This document shows positions 19,168 through 28,919 of a stretch of DNA of 64,000 nt, piece by piece. A program made the position numbers and the translations under genes. Under the pieces are notes generated by a model that was given only the letters and a program-made list of their open reading frames with translations, had not been told where the DNA came from and did not search any database. Within the stretch, counting starts at the first letter, position 1; every line of letters begins with the position of its first letter. Origin of the DNA: a virus (taxonomy: Duplodnaviria; Caudoviricetes); the IMG/VR virus record IMGVR_UViG_3300033121_001593, positions 79,319-143,318 of that record; one strand, written 5' to 3'.

Positions 19168-19682
19168 AGGACCGACTCCGCAGTGAACGCCTGAAGCTCG
19201 TCAGCGGCCCGCCAGTAGCTCTCCAGGACCTGGCTCACGAGCGAGTATTCGTCGTGAGCCTTGCCCAGGATATTGCCCTCCTCGGCTCGGACCAGGAACG
19301 TTAGGCGGGTGACAGTGAGCAGATGGACCTCGCCGCCCGGCGCGTCGGCCAGCGCCTGCAGCCGGTTTAGTTCGCGCCGGCAGGCAAAGAGCACCTGCTG
19401 GTAAAAGACGCGCCGGCACTGAGCGTCCGAAATTCCGAACTCGGTGGCGACGGCGCGCACGGACTTGCCCTCAAGGCAGGCCCGCACAGCGTCGCGGGTA
19501 ACGCTGGCCAGCTTGCCGTTATCGGCGGCCTTGCGCCGCGGCGGGGGGGCGGCCCGTACCTTCAGGGACCGTATCTCCGCCAGGATGGCAAGCTCACGCG
19601 CTGAGACCGTCGCGCCCTCCGGGGCGGGCTTGCCCAGGGCCTTTTCGATCTGTGTCAGTAGGTCATCCAGATTCACGGTCAC
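19164..19682 (-). CDS. HTH DNA-binding protein (paralog of 60225-60722)
   Basis: LEGKSVRAVATEFGISDAQCRRVFY helix-turn-helix. Confidence 0.6.
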   Translation of the reverse strand: MTVNLDDLLTQIEKALGKPAPEGATVSARELAILAEIRSLKVRAAPPPRRKAADNGKLASVTRDAVRACLEGKSVRAVATEFGISDAQCRRVFYQQVLFACRRELNRLQALADAPGGEVHLLTVTRLTFLVRAEEGNILGKAHDEYSLVSQVLESYWRAADELQAFTAESVL

Positions 19683-19863
19683 CCTCCGGCGCGCGCTCGA
19701 TATCCTCGGCTAGCTCAAACCTGATCCAGCCGGCCGCGCCGTCATCCCATTTGATGCGTGCGGCGTTCGCCTCTACCTCGGTGACCGTCCCCAGATCGGC
19801 GGGGTTGCCCTGCCACGTCACGCGGTCACCGACCTTCAGGCCGGCCGCCTCGGTATACGTCAT
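19663..19863 (-). CDS. Small SH3/KOW-like protein
   Basis: LKVGDRVTW...GTVTEV...IKWDDG. Confidence 0.55.
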   Translation of the reverse strand: MTYTEAAGLKVGDRVTWQGNPADLGTVTEVEANAARIKWDDGAAGWIRFELAEDIERAPEGDRESG

Positions 19864-20396
19864 CCTGTTACCTCCTGTGTCATGGCCGCCCGTAGGCGCT
19901 CGATTAGCTCGTCAACGACGGTCCCGGCCGCCTGGCGGTCAGCGATGGCTTGGTGCTGCCCGTTCGGGTGGTGAATGATCAGGCCGGCCAGGTCAAGCTC
20001 GCTCAGTAGCTCGGTCACCTGATCGCCGACCGTGTCGAATTGGACGTCCTTTGGCCAGGCCGCGCCGTGCAGGGTCCGCATGGCGCGCACGGCGTCCTCC
20101 ATGTCCCACATCGTAACGGTGCCGGCGTATGGCTCGAAGTAGGGGGCGAGTAGCGAGTCGTCCTCAGAATCGGCGGGGTCAACGGTGCCCTGAAGATGGA
20201 CGCCCTTAATGAAGCCGGTCACGGCCTTGGCGGCGTTGTATGCCTTGGTCGGGCGCGACGCGTCACGATAGGCCGGCACGGCGTCGGCGGCGGGGGGCGT
20301 AATACCGTCCCAGGCGCAGACGCACAGATTGACGGCGGCTTTGCCCGAAGTCGTCCGGGCGGTGGTCAGTTCGATCCAGCGGGAAAGATGAGACAT
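19860..20396 (-). CDS. Hypothetical protein
   Basis: 178 aa, AAAGGAG SD. Confidence 0.55.
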   Translation of the reverse strand: MSHLSRWIELTTARTTSGKAAVNLCVCAWDGITPPAADAVPAYRDASRPTKAYNAAKAVTGFIKGVHLQGTVDPADSEDDSLLAPYFEPYAGTVTMWDMEDAVRAMRTLHGAAWPKDVQFDTVGDQVTELLSELDLAGLIIHHPNGQHQAIADRQAAGTVVDELIERLRAAMTQEVTG

Positions 20397-20407
20397 AGAT
20401 AGCTCCT

Positions 20408-20659
20408 TTAGTAGCTAGTCCAGCGGGCAAACTCGGCCCGCAGGCCAGGTAGGCGGCCCTCGAAATAGGCGGCCCGGTCACGCTCGACTTGGGCCAGGTG
20501 ATGCAGGCCGGCGGCGATGCCGGGGTCGGCATCGCCCACTTGGGCGGCGAGCGTGAGGCAGTCCTGCACCCTGGCGGTCGCCCGGCCGATAGTCTCCAAG
20601 TAGGCGTCGATGTCTGCCTGAATGGTTGCGGCAATCGCCGCGTTCGAGACGTTTGTCAT
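20408..20659 (-). CDS. Hypothetical helical protein
   Basis: ATG 20659 overlaps the upstream stop. Confidence 0.5.
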   Translation of the reverse strand: MTNVSNAAIAATIQADIDAYLETIGRATARVQDCLTLAAQVGDADPGIAAGLHHLAQVERDRAAYFEGRLPGLRAEFARWTSY

Positions 20660-21132
20660 TTTGTCGCCGAGGCCCGCAGGCCGGTTACTAGCTCGTTGAT
20701 AGCCAAGGCGGCCTCGGTCATGTCGATAGTTTCCAGGACCCTGCCGTCGATATCCCGAACGGCGACTTTGACGCAGCCGGTGACTATGGCGAAACGGACG
20801 CACTGGACCCCGAACGAGACCGGCTCGCCGTTGGCATTGGCCAGGCGTTGCAGGCCGACCGTGAGGCGCTTTAACTCGCTGCGCATATCCTCGGCTAGCT
20901 CCAGCGTGATATCGGCCTCGACCAAGTGAACCTTGATCTCGCCTTCACGCGGCTGCGTGTGCTCGGTGATGAAACCGGTCAGGGCTGTGCCGGCAATGAC
21001 GCCTGTCAGGGCACGAGAGACAAGGGGGGTTGGTAGGCCGGCCTCGTTGGGGTCGATGGCGACAACTCGCGCCTCGATATTGGCCCATCGCTCGCGGCCG
21101 TAGTGCGATACGTCAAGTCGGCGGTAAGTCAT
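20656..21132 (-). CDS. Hypothetical protein
   Basis: Coupled ORF. Confidence 0.55.
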   Translation of the reverse strand: MTYRRLDVSHYGRERWANIEARVVAIDPNEAGLPTPLVSRALTGVIAGTALTGFITEHTQPREGEIKVHLVEADITLELAEDMRSELKRLTVGLQRLANANGEPVSFGVQCVRFAIVTGCVKVAVRDIDGRVLETIDMTEAALAINELVTGLRASATK

Positions 21133-21443
21133 GAGGCCCTCCGGGCTGGTGACGGAATAGCCGGCAAGGCCGGCAGGGTGTACTGGTAGGCGGCGGCGAT
21201 CTTGCGGGCGTGTTCGGCCAGATCGACCGCCTCACGCGCGCTGTTCAAATGACGGGCGTCCCTGGTCCGCTTGTAGGCGACCAGGCCCTTGATAGCCTCG
21301 GCCTTCATACGCTGATAGCTATTCAGCGCCAGGGCTAGCTGGCGTTCGGCGGCCAGCGCCTCGGCCTTGACCCGCTCCTCTTCGATGTAGGCCGGGTCCG
21401 CCCGGCGCTCTAACGTCGCTTGAGAGAGAAATCCTCTAGGCAT
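21129..21443 (-). CDS. Hypothetical protein
   Basis: Coupled ORF. Confidence 0.55.
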   Translation of the reverse strand: MPRGFLSQATLERRADPAYIEEERVKAEALAAERQLALALNSYQRMKAEAIKGLVAYKRTRDARHLNSAREAVDLAEHARKIAAAYQYTLPALPAIPSPARRAS

Positions 21444-21597
21444 GATCGGCCCCTTTCTTCAGCGCCAGCTTCTGCGTCCGGCGAACCTCCCGCCGGAGCA
21501 GGGCCTTGCGGCCTCTCTTGCCCTTGTTGCAGCACGAGCACTTGACGCCACCCGCTCCGCAGCGGGCGTCCATCGTCTTACGAAAAGTGTCAGCCAT
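21436..21597 (-). CDS. Small basic Cys-containing protein (not in the ORF track)
   Basis: MADTFRKTMDARCGAGGVKCSCCNKGKRGRK..., AAAGGA SD. Confidence 0.5.
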   Translation of the reverse strand: MADTFRKTMDARCGAGGVKCSCCNKGKRGRKALLRREVRRTQKLALKKGADHA

Positions 21598-21630
21598 GGT
21601 CGGTGAGTCCTTTCGGAAAAAGGGGCTTGC

Positions 21631-21900
21631 TTACTCGCAGGCTCCCTTGATGTAACGGGTATCGGCGGGCAGCGCCCAGACCGGGATGGTTGAGGGGGTG
21701 GGCCGGGCGATGGCGGCGAAGCCGTCGATACCCTGCTCGTCAGTGGTGGCCTCGTCGGCAATCTCGTACCAGATCGCTGCGGCTGCCCAGTCGGTGTAGG
21801 TGGCGACCGTCTCGGTGCCGGTGACGATGACGATCCGGCGCTCGAAGGGGTTGTCTAGGGCGGTATAGGTGGGGGCGGTTGCGGTGGTCTGGGTGGTCAT
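21631..21900 (-). CDS. Hypothetical early protein
   Basis: First ORF behind a family promoter. Confidence 0.6.
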   Translation of the reverse strand: MTTQTTATAPTYTALDNPFERRIVIVTGTETVATYTDWAAAAIWYEIADEATTDEQGIDGFAAIARPTPSTIPVWALPADTRYIKGACE

Positions 21901-21945
21901 TTCGGCTGGTCCTTTGGGTTTCGCTTCGCTTATCTAACTATAAGA

Positions 21946-21998
21946 ATTATACTCCTATTCGTTCAGAATGTCAAGCAAAAATGAGAATTTTTAAGGTT
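21946..21998 (-). promoter_or_regulatory. Early promoter (family)
   Basis: AACCTTAAA box, TTGACA-17-TATAAT, ATAGTTAGATA leader. Confidence 0.8.
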
Positions 21999-22037
21999 GG
22001 ACGCAAAACTCGTTTTTTTTCTCCCCCCAGGCGCGCG

Positions 22038-22376
22038 CTACTTCGGCTCGTAGCCGATCAGGCTGGCGATCTGGCGTATCAGATCGTAGCCTTCCTCGGA
22101 GTAGACGTTGACCCGGCGCACGGCGTCGCCGATCCCGTGGACGTTGGCGCGCATCCACATCACGCGCTCGACGCCGGCGGCATCCAGGACGGCGTCGCCG
22201 GGGGTCTTCTTGTTGACCTTGACGCCATTCTCCAGGACCCAGCTTATCTTAGTTTCGGCGACGACCTTCAGCGGGGCGTAGCACTCGCGCTCGATGATGC
22301 GGCCGCGCTCGTCATAGCGGCGGCGGTTCCCGTCATAGATATAGACCGTTTCGCCCAGGCCGATTTGCAGTGTCAT
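22038..22376 (-). CDS. Hypothetical protein
   Basis: AAGGAG SD at the ATG 22376. Confidence 0.55.
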   Translation of the reverse strand: MTLQIGLGETVYIYDGNRRRYDERGRIIERECYAPLKVVAETKISWVLENGVKVNKKTPGDAVLDAAGVERVMWMRANVHGIGDAVRRVNVYSEEGYDLIRQIASLIGYEPK

Positions 22377-22438
22377 AGGGTAGCTCCTTGTAGGCTTGCG
22401 GGCCGGCCTCATTCTAGCCGGCCCGGTGGATTGATTGA

Positions 22439-23110
22439 CTAGCCGACCTTGATCTTGGCTGCGCCGTGGGGGAGGCCCCAGTTCTTAGCGCAGACCGGCC
22501 CATAGCCGTGGGTGGTCGATGCCTCGTCGGTCAGGGCCTTACCGCAAAAGCAGCACTCGCCCTGAGCCTTGCCCAGGCGGCCCAGCGCCTCAGCGGGGTC
22601 GGCGGCGATTTCGGCCAGGACCTTGGTCACCGCCCCGCTGAAGTCGCGGCCGGGGTGAAAAGCGCCGGCCTTGTCGATGCGCCCGTAAAAGCGGCTCTGG
22701 CTGTAGCCCTGGCCGTCCGTCACCATCAGGTCGCCGGCATAGCGGCTGGCCTGGCCGGCTCGCTGGATACGCACGGTGCCGGCGCTCGTTGCGAAGGTCA
22801 CCCGCGGGTATTGCAGGCTGCTCGATGCGTGAGCGAATAGCTCAACGATTGCGCCCATGCCGGCGGACTGCTCGACCTTGGGCTGCTCGACCTTGGGCTG
22901 CTCGTCAACGATCCGGCCCTCGGCCTTCTCGACCATGTAACGCGCCCAGTCCTCCTGAGCCTTGGTCCAGACACGCGTCCGGCGCAGGCTGAGGGCGAAG
23001 TCGCCGGGGACTTTCTTCAGGCCGTTGACAACCTCGACCTCGCTTAGGTTGCTGGTGAATTCTACTACCCGATTATTGTCTCGCTTGAGGGTGACTGAGT
23101 AAGTGCCCAT
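22439..23110 (-). CDS. DUF6011-type Zn-finger protein
   Basis: C-terminal CCFCGKALTDEASTTHGYGPVCA. Confidence 0.75.
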   Translation of the reverse strand: MGTYSVTLKRDNNRVVEFTSNLSEVEVVNGLKKVPGDFALSLRRTRVWTKAQEDWARYMVEKAEGRIVDEQPKVEQPKVEQSAGMGAIVELFAHASSSLQYPRVTFATSAGTVRIQRAGQASRYAGDLMVTDGQGYSQSRFYGRIDKAGAFHPGRDFSGAVTKVLAEIAADPAEALGRLGKAQGECCFCGKALTDEASTTHGYGPVCAKNWGLPHGAAKIKVG

Positions 23111-23137
23111 TTTTGCTGCTCCTTTGTCCGGTCGCTA

Positions 23138-23302
23138 CTAGCCGATGATGCTCTGGACCAGGCCGGCCTTCGGCCCGTTCTCTACGATGAATTCCATAAC
23201 CTCGTCGTCGCTGCAGGCCATAACGTCGAAGCTATGCTGGCGTCCGTTGCTGGTCATTACTACCTTGAAGGTCCTGAGGCTGCGGTTGCTGGTGGGGGTC
23301 AT
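23138..23302 (-). CDS. Small early protein (54 aa, not in the ORF track)
   Basis: MTPTSNRSLRTFKVV...; AAAAGGA SD; first ORF behind a promoter. Confidence 0.55.
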   Translation of the reverse strand: MTPTSNRSLRTFKVVMTSNGRQHSFDVMACSDDEVMEFIVENGPKAGLVQSIIG

Positions 23303-23348
23303 TTCGGCTGGTCCTTTTGGTCTCTAACTCTTTCGCTTCGTTGATCTC

Positions 23349-23416
23349 ATTTTACTCCTATTCGTTCACTTTGTCAAGGTATTCAACCTTAAACTTTGGG
23401 GCTTTTTCAAAACTCG
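23349..23416 (-). promoter_or_regulatory. Early promoter (type B, inverted upstream box)
   Basis: CGAGTTTT...TTTAAGGTT-7-TTGACA-17-TAAAAT. Confidence 0.8.
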
Positions 23417-23475
23417 TCGAACGCCAAAAAGCCCGCGCTCAGGCGGGCCTCCGGGGGTGATCGGGCGGGAATAAC

Positions 23476-23841
23476 TCAGGCGGGCGGGGGGATCATACCC
23501 GCGCCCAGGACGGCGGCGCGGACGGCAGGCACCCTGCGCGTCAGATGGACCTCGACGGCGGTAAGCTGGCCGGCGTCGAACATGGCCAGGATCAGCGCCT
23601 CCTCACACTCGGCAATCTGCGGGGTGACCTGCTCGATCCCAAAATAGGCGACGGCTAGCTCGCGGGCCTGAAGCTGGTCCTCAAGATTAAAGGTGATTCC
23701 TGTCTTGCGCGCCATGTCCTCGATCCCATAGACGGCGCTATTGGCCCGCTCGATGATCCCGGCTTCTAGCCGGCGCGCCTCGGCTAGCGCGCTCCGTGCC
23801 TGGACCAGCCGTACTGATGCGGATACTACTAGCTCATTCAC
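23476..23841 (-). CDS. Hypothetical protein
   Basis: Coupled ORF. Confidence 0.5.
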   Translation of the reverse strand: MNELVVSASVRLVQARSALAEARRLEAGIIERANSAVYGIEDMARKTGITFNLEDQLQARELAVAYFGIEQVTPQIAECEEALILAMFDAGQLTAVEVHLTRRVPAVRAAVLGAGMIPPPA

Positions 23842-24058
23842 TTGGGGCCTCCCCGGTCGGCACGGTCGCGCCGATCTTGTTCAGTAGGTGAACGATCAGA
23901 TTGATCGTTCCGGCCGTGAGCAGGGGTTCGCTCACCGTCTGGCCGGCGTGAATACCGCTGCGGGCGACACGCTGCGTCGGCAGGGACGCTTCCAGCAGCG
24001 TCCGCGCCATCGCGCCGGCGGCTTTGATCTCGGCGGCGTCGAAGGTTCCTGTGGTCAT
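23834..24058 (-). CDS. Hypothetical protein
   Basis: Coupled ORF. Confidence 0.5.
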   Translation of the reverse strand: MTTGTFDAAEIKAAGAMARTLLEASLPTQRVARSGIHAGQTVSEPLLTAGTINLIVHLLNKIGATVPTGEAPSE

Positions 24059-24291
24059 GATTCTCTCCGGGTGGTGAACTCGAAACTGATCGCCCAGCCC
24101 GTCTCGGCCTCGTCTACATAGACCTGGGCAAAGGCGCGGCGGCCGTCGACCATATCCACACTGACGCCAGCCACGTCGCCCTCGGTCCAGGTTACGGCGG
24201 CGCTCACGGCTCCGCCATGATCGACGGCGGCCTCGAAGGCCCCTGCACAGGCGGCCTCCCGCTCGGTGACTGTCATTGTATCGGTGGTCAT
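24055..24291 (-). CDS. Hypothetical protein (Leu-free)
   Basis: 78 aa, no Leu. Confidence 0.55.
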   Translation of the reverse strand: MTTDTMTVTEREAACAGAFEAAVDHGGAVSAAVTWTEGDVAGVSVDMVDGRRAFAQVYVDEAETGWAISFEFTTRRES

Positions 24292-24345
24292 TTAGATAGG
24301 CCCTTTCACGCTGTCCGGGCGGGGAATTCCCCGCCCGGTGATTGA

Positions 24346-24546
24346 CTAGAAACGATGGCTGCGCTCGAAGTGGCGCTCGGCCATCCCGGCCTCGTGGGCG
24401 GCGGCGGCAGCGGCTTCGTAAGCGGCGAAGGCGGCGGCGGCCTCAGGGGACTCAGGCCCGAAGGCGGCGGCGGCTCGGCTGTGGGCGGCGGCGGCGCTTA
24501 TGGCGGCCCCTTCGGCAAAACTGGCTCGGCGGCTGTAGCTCGTCAT
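24346..24546 (-). CDS. Ala-rich early protein (Leu- and Val-free)
   Basis: First ORF behind a promoter; AAAGGA SD. Confidence 0.6.
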   Translation of the reverse strand: MTSYSRRASFAEGAAISAAAAHSRAAAAFGPESPEAAAAFAAYEAAAAAAHEAGMAERHFERSHRF

Positions 24547-24597
24547 GTTCGGGTGGTCCTTTCCTGGTCGCTGCGGCTGACTTACTTCACTATAGCC

Positions 24598-24671
24598 ATT
24601 CTACTATAGGTCGTTTAGTTTGTCAAGCAAAAAAGGCCCTTTTGGCAAAAAGTCGTAAAGTTTTAAGGTTG
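24598..24671 (-). promoter_or_regulatory. Early promoter (type A)
   Basis: AACCTTAAA box, TTGACA-17-TAGAAT. Confidence 0.8.
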
Positions 24672-24722
24672 ACGCAAAAAGGACGCCGCGCGGCGTCCTT
24701 TTCATGGTTCCGGGGGTCCGGC

Positions 24723-25352
24723 TCAGGCGAACAGGTAAACGTCGCCCCCGTCCGCCAGGACGCCCTCGCGCCGCCAGGAATTCGGCCAGGGGGTAGGCTC
24801 GGCGGCGGGCGGCTCATCGATCATGATATGCACCTCCGGGGCTAAGGCCAGCGTCATGTCCAGATCGCCGGCCTCGTGCAGGAGCTTGGCGGCATCATAC
24901 CAGCGGTGGCGTAGCTCCTTCCAGTCGATAGTGTCCAGGCTCCAGCCGGCATCGGCGACGGCGGCCTCGATCTCTACCAGGATATCGGCCGTCGTGACGA
25001 TCTCGGTCCAGATCGCGCGCAGGCCCGGCAGGCTGCCGGAGCGAACCGTCCTCAGCACCCAGCAGGCGTTGATCAGCGCCCGGCCGGCGGTCGGGTGCTC
25101 CATCGTCAGCTTGTCCACCAGCCACTCGGCGGCCGTGGGGAAGTCCTCACGCTCGCACCACTCGCAGCAGGCCGCGCAGGCGACCAGGGCGCACTCGCAG
25201 CCCGTCTCCGGGACGCTGCACCATCGCTCGTGATCGGGGTGGACCTCGCCCACGATTATCTGACCGCAGGCGTGGCAGATATCATTCGTGGCGCTCAGCA
25301 CGGGCGGTAGATCAGCCGGCCCGGCGTCCCATCCGTTTGTGTTTGTGTTCAT
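24723..25352 (-). CDS. Cys-rich hypothetical protein
   Basis: 209 aa, multiple CxxC motifs. Confidence 0.55.
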   Translation of the reverse strand: MNTNTNGWDAGPADLPPVLSATNDICHACGQIIVGEVHPDHERWCSVPETGCECALVACAACCEWCEREDFPTAAEWLVDKLTMEHPTAGRALINACWVLRTVRSGSLPGLRAIWTEIVTTADILVEIEAAVADAGWSLDTIDWKELRHRWYDAAKLLHEAGDLDMTLALAPEVHIMIDEPPAAEPTPWPNSWRREGVLADGGDVYLFA

Positions 25353-25376
25353 CGGTGTATCCTCTCACAGAATAGG

Positions 25377-25922
25377 CTAGGCGCGCGCAGCGGCGGCCTC
25401 GTCCTGGGGCGTTGTATCGCCCATGGTAAAAACCTCGTCGCCCTCCGGCAGGACGCGCTGATAGATCAGCAGGCCGGCGTACCTTCGCGGGTTGGCAAAG
25501 AAGCGCAGGCCGGCCCGATCCGGCGCGGTGACGATCCTCGACGGCGGGTCGGTGATTCCGCTGGCCCAGCCGCGAAAGATCGCCCATTCGCCGATCTCGG
25601 CGTCGGCGTGATCCGTCAGGACTACTAAGGCGCTAGGCGGCCCGTCCGGCGCTCTTAGCACCGTATAGGCTACACCAGGCCGTAGCTCGGCTAAAAGCCC
25701 GTCCAGCGGCCTACGGTGGGCGCTAGCGGCCCCTACGACGTGCACCGACCGGGCGATTTCGGCGTCGATACTGAGAGCCTCCGCGCTCAGTTCGGCCAGG
25801 ATCGCCCGCAGGCTCGCGGCCCGCTCCGGCTCGGTCATATCCGGCCAGGGCACGGCAAACGTGAAGTTCAGGGCCAGGATCAGGGGCGTCCTCATTCGGG
25901 ACGCGATGATCGGCCCGCTCAC
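25377..25922 (-). CDS. Hypothetical protein
   Basis: Coupled ORF. Confidence 0.5.
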   Translation of the reverse strand: MSGPIIASRMRTPLILALNFTFAVPWPDMTEPERAASLRAILAELSAEALSIDAEIARSVHVVGAASAHRRPLDGLLAELRPGVAYTVLRAPDGPPSALVVLTDHADAEIGEWAIFRGWASGITDPPSRIVTAPDRAGLRFFANPRRYAGLLIYQRVLPEGDEVFTMGDTTPQDEAAAARA

Positions 25923-26290
25923 TTGCGGGCTTGCGGGTTGACGGTCAGGCCGCCATCGTTGACCGCCAGCGCCAGGCGCTTTCTGCCTATCGCCAGCCGC
26001 GTCGCCTCAAGCCGGTCGGCGGCGTCGGTATCACCGACCGCCAGGGCCTGCCGCTTCAGACGCAGGCAGGAGGCCTCGGCCTCCAGCAGGCCGACCTCGT
26101 CATCGGGCGCGGGCGCGTCGCCGCGGGCGACGGCGTCAGCCGCGACGCGCGCCACGACCACGGCGCGCACAGCGGCGGCCCGTGACGGGGCGACGGTCGC
26201 GCGCAAGTGCTCGGCCTCGCCGACCGAAAGCATCAGGGGCACCGAGACGGTCTCGGTGCCGGTGGGGTATACAGCGTGTCTACCGGGCAT
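25919..26290 (-). CDS. Hypothetical protein (possible ribbon-helix-helix N-terminus)
   Basis: TVSVPLMLS...SRAAAVRAVV. Confidence 0.45.
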   Translation of the reverse strand: MPGRHAVYPTGTETVSVPLMLSVGEAEHLRATVAPSRAAAVRAVVVARVAADAVARGDAPAPDDEVGLLEAEASCLRLKRQALAVGDTDAADRLEATRLAIGRKRLALAVNDGGLTVNPQARK

Positions 26291-26645
26291 TCTCTTTCAT
26301 CCTTTCCTTCTGTTCCGCCTGCCGGATATCCTCCTGGACCTCCGGCGCTAGCCAGACGAGTCTGGTGCCCAAGGGGGCGTCGATTTCGGCCTCGAAGCGC
26401 GCCAGCGCGCCCGTGCCGGCCGTACTGCGTAGCTCGCCGTTCACAAGGCGCAGCGGGTGCTCCGGCTTGAGCCAGGGCTTCCAGTTGACCGTGAAACCAT
26501 GCGCCGCCAAGAAGGCGGCCATCTCATGATTGCGCGTGTAGACCGTGACCAGGCCGCCCGGCACAACCAGCGGGTCGGGGCCGGCCAGATCGACCACCAG
26601 CCGGTGGACGTTGCGCGCAATCGAATAAACCGCTTGTGGCTCCAT
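26280..26645 (-). CDS. Hypothetical protein
   Basis: Behind TTGACA(26674-26679)-16-TAAAAT; possibly leaderless. Confidence 0.5.
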   Translation of the reverse strand: MEPQAVYSIARNVHRLVVDLAGPDPLVVPGGLVTVYTRNHEMAAFLAAHGFTVNWKPWLKPEHPLRLVNGELRSTAGTGALARFEAEIDAPLGTRLVWLAPEVQEDIRQAEQKERMKENAR

Positions 26646-26689
26646 AGCTTAATTTTACCACCCTCATTCATCCTGTCAATAGGCAGTTT

Positions 26690-26875
26690 TTAACCGCGCC
26701 GCTCGGCCTCGATGGCGGCTAGCTCGGCCTGATAGCCCCGCTCCGCCAGCCACTGCTCGACGGGCATCCGCCGGCCGCCGGCCCGCACATAGGCGGCATA
26801 CTCGAACAGCCAGTCAGGGACGTTGGTCACCACCACAGACTCGCCGTCCGTGGTGGTTAGGATCACGTCTTTCAT
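26690..26875 (-). CDS. Hypothetical protein
   Basis: Coupled ORF. Confidence 0.5.
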   Translation of the reverse strand: MKDVILTTTDGESVVVTNVPDWLFEYAAYVRAGGRRMPVEQWLAERGYQAELAAIEAERRG

Positions 26876-27423
26876 TTAGTCACCTTGGCGACCAGATCGG
26901 CGGCGTTGATATCGCTCAGGGCCAGCGTGAGACCGACGATTGTGTCCAGGATGCCCCGGCGGATTTCCATGTTATAGACTTCCATCAGGTCGACCAGGGC
27001 ATGGCCAGCCTTGATGCACACGGCGTCGAAGATATACTGGCCGGCCTTCAGCACCGCCCACTCGGCCTTGATCTGACCGTATTCGGCGACCAGCAGCGGG
27101 CACTCGTCCTTCTTGACCTTGAAGCCGGCCTCGGCCTGCGCCCGGCGTAACTCCGCCAGGTAGGACCGAAAGTCGCGCTTGGTCATCATGTAGGACTCTT
27201 TCGGGTCCGCAACGTAGGCCGGCACAACTCCGCCGCGCTTGATGTAACGCTGCGCAATCGCCCGCGAATAGGGGAACCGGCGGCGCTCCAGGATGGCGGT
27301 CTGATAGCCGACCACGGTCGGCCGGATGGCCTCGGTGTATGCCTTGGCGATAACCAGGGCCTCGACGGCGGCTTTCAGTTCGGGGGTGATCTCAGGCTTG
27401 GCAAAGCGGGGGGTGCGGGTCAT
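26872..27423 (-). CDS. Hypothetical protein
   Basis: 183 aa, AAAGGA SD. Confidence 0.6.
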   Translation of the reverse strand: MTRTPRFAKPEITPELKAAVEALVIAKAYTEAIRPTVVGYQTAILERRRFPYSRAIAQRYIKRGGVVPAYVADPKESYMMTKRDFRSYLAELRRAQAEAGFKVKKDECPLLVAEYGQIKAEWAVLKAGQYIFDAVCIKAGHALVDLMEVYNMEIRRGILDTIVGLTLALSDINAADLVAKVTK

Positions 27424-27446
27424 GATGGGAGTCCTTTCTATCGCTA

Positions 27447-27492
27447 GCCCGGCTGGTCGGCCTCGTGATGAGGAGCTTGCACCAGTCCGGGC
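27447..27492 (-). ncRNA. Intergenic structured RNA motif, copy 1
   Basis: CCCGGACTGG-TGCAAGCT-CCTC-ATCAC-GAGG-CCGA-CCAGCCGGG; second copy at 35071-35119. Confidence 0.45.
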
Positions 27493-27507
27493 GTTTGGTT
27501 GTTGGCT

Positions 27508-27756
27508 TTAGACGCCTTCGCCCTCGAAGCGCATTCGGGCATCTGCGACTGCCTGATTGGCGGCGGCCTGGTTCCGGCTGGCGGCCTGCCAGGCGGCCTC
27601 GGCGGCGTTGACCTTTGCGTCGTCGTCGGCGTTGCTTGGGTTACGCTGCATCCGGGCCTGCGCCCAAACCTTCCAGGCTGCGTCGGCGGCCTGATTGGCC
27701 TCGAAGCGTGCCTGCCGTGCTGCTCTTACCTGGGGGTGCTGGTTCTTGGCTGCCAT
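27508..27756 (-). CDS. Ala-rich early protein (Leu-free)
   Basis: First ORF behind a promoter. Confidence 0.6.
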   Translation of the reverse strand: MAAKNQHPQVRAARQARFEANQAADAAWKVWAQARMQRNPSNADDDAKVNAAEAAWQAASRNQAAANQAVADARMRFEGEGV

Positions 27757-27806
27757 GTTCGGGGGTCCTTTTCGCTCGCTGCTGAATGACTTACTTCACT
27801 ATGACC

Positions 27807-27880
27807 ATTTTACTACAGGTCGTTTAGTTTGTCAAGCAAAAAAGGGCCTTTTGCCAAAAACTCGCAAAGTTTTAAGGTTG
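27807..27880 (-). promoter_or_regulatory. Early promoter (type A)
   Basis: Near-identical to 24598-24671; TTGACA-17-TAAAAT. Confidence 0.8.
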
Positions 27881-28657
27881 GGCCTCATTCAGGCGAATTC
27901 GAGCCACGACGGCGGTGACGTGTCCCTGATAGCGGGCATAGACGGCGGCCAGGCGCTTGGCTTGTTCGGCGGCGTCCTTGGCTATGCCGGCCAGCCAAAA
28001 GGCATCCTCGCGGCCCGGCGTCGGGCCTTCGCCCTTGGTCTGCTCGGCCAGGGCGACCGTCGTCGCGCCCATGTTGGACAGGATGAGGCCGGCGCTGAGT
28101 AGCGCCTCCAGGGCGGCGGCGATATCGCGGGTATCGTTCACCGCCCGCTCGGCGTCCGTTTCGTCGGGGTGCCGGAAGGACCGCGCCAGGCGCTCGGCCT
28201 CGGCCTGCATCCACTGCGTCTCCAGGGCGGCGATGGCGTCCCGGCGGCGGCGCTGGAAGTCGTACACGGCACGGCGCGAGACCGGCGCGCCGGCCCGGCT
28301 CAGGGCCGCGACGGCTGAAGCGCCGGCCCGCTCATAATCCAGCGGGCAGCGCAGGGCGCGATCCGTGAAGCGGTGCTCCCGGCCGACCGCCCACTCCCGG
28401 CTGGCCAGAAACTCGGCGGTGAGGGTGGCGGGGTCCGTATCGGGCGGCAAGACGCAACTGGCCTCGTAGCCTTCTTTACCGGCCGGCCAGGTCGCAAAGA
28501 CCAAGGCCGGCACAAGCACGTCGTCATAGATCGGCGGCTCGAAGATCAGATCGACCAGGCGGGCGTCCGGCACCGTCTTGACCTGGCGCAAGGACCGCCA
28601 GACGCGCAGGGGCACGGTTAGCTCAAAGGGCAGCGGGGTAGCATAAATGTTATTCAT
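27872..28657 (-). CDS. Hypothetical protein
   Basis: 261 aa, GAGAGG SD. Confidence 0.55.
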   Translation of the reverse strand: MNNIYATPLPFELTVPLRVWRSLRQVKTVPDARLVDLIFEPPIYDDVLVPALVFATWPAGKEGYEASCVLPPDTDPATLTAEFLASREWAVGREHRFTDRALRCPLDYERAGASAVAALSRAGAPVSRRAVYDFQRRRRDAIAALETQWMQAEAERLARSFRHPDETDAERAVNDTRDIAAALEALLSAGLILSNMGATTVALAEQTKGEGPTPGREDAFWLAGIAKDAAEQAKRLAAVYARYQGHVTAVVARIRLNEAQP

Positions 28658-28919
28658 AGGGGGTTATACCTCTCACACAGCAAAAGCCCGGCACGGGCCG
28701 CCTACGGCCTTGACGGGGCAACGTAGGCCCCCTCCCCCGATAGCCCACCGGCGCGGGCCAAGGGGGAGGCTTCCGTTCAATCCGTTGCTTCGTCGTTGAC
28801 ACAATCCGCCTACAAACCGCTCGACCGTCGTCACCCGACCAGCCGGCTCACTGCCGGGGATCATGCGCCGGGGCGCGCCTCACGGTTACATTCAAACGCC
28901 GCGCCGGCGGCGTAGATGC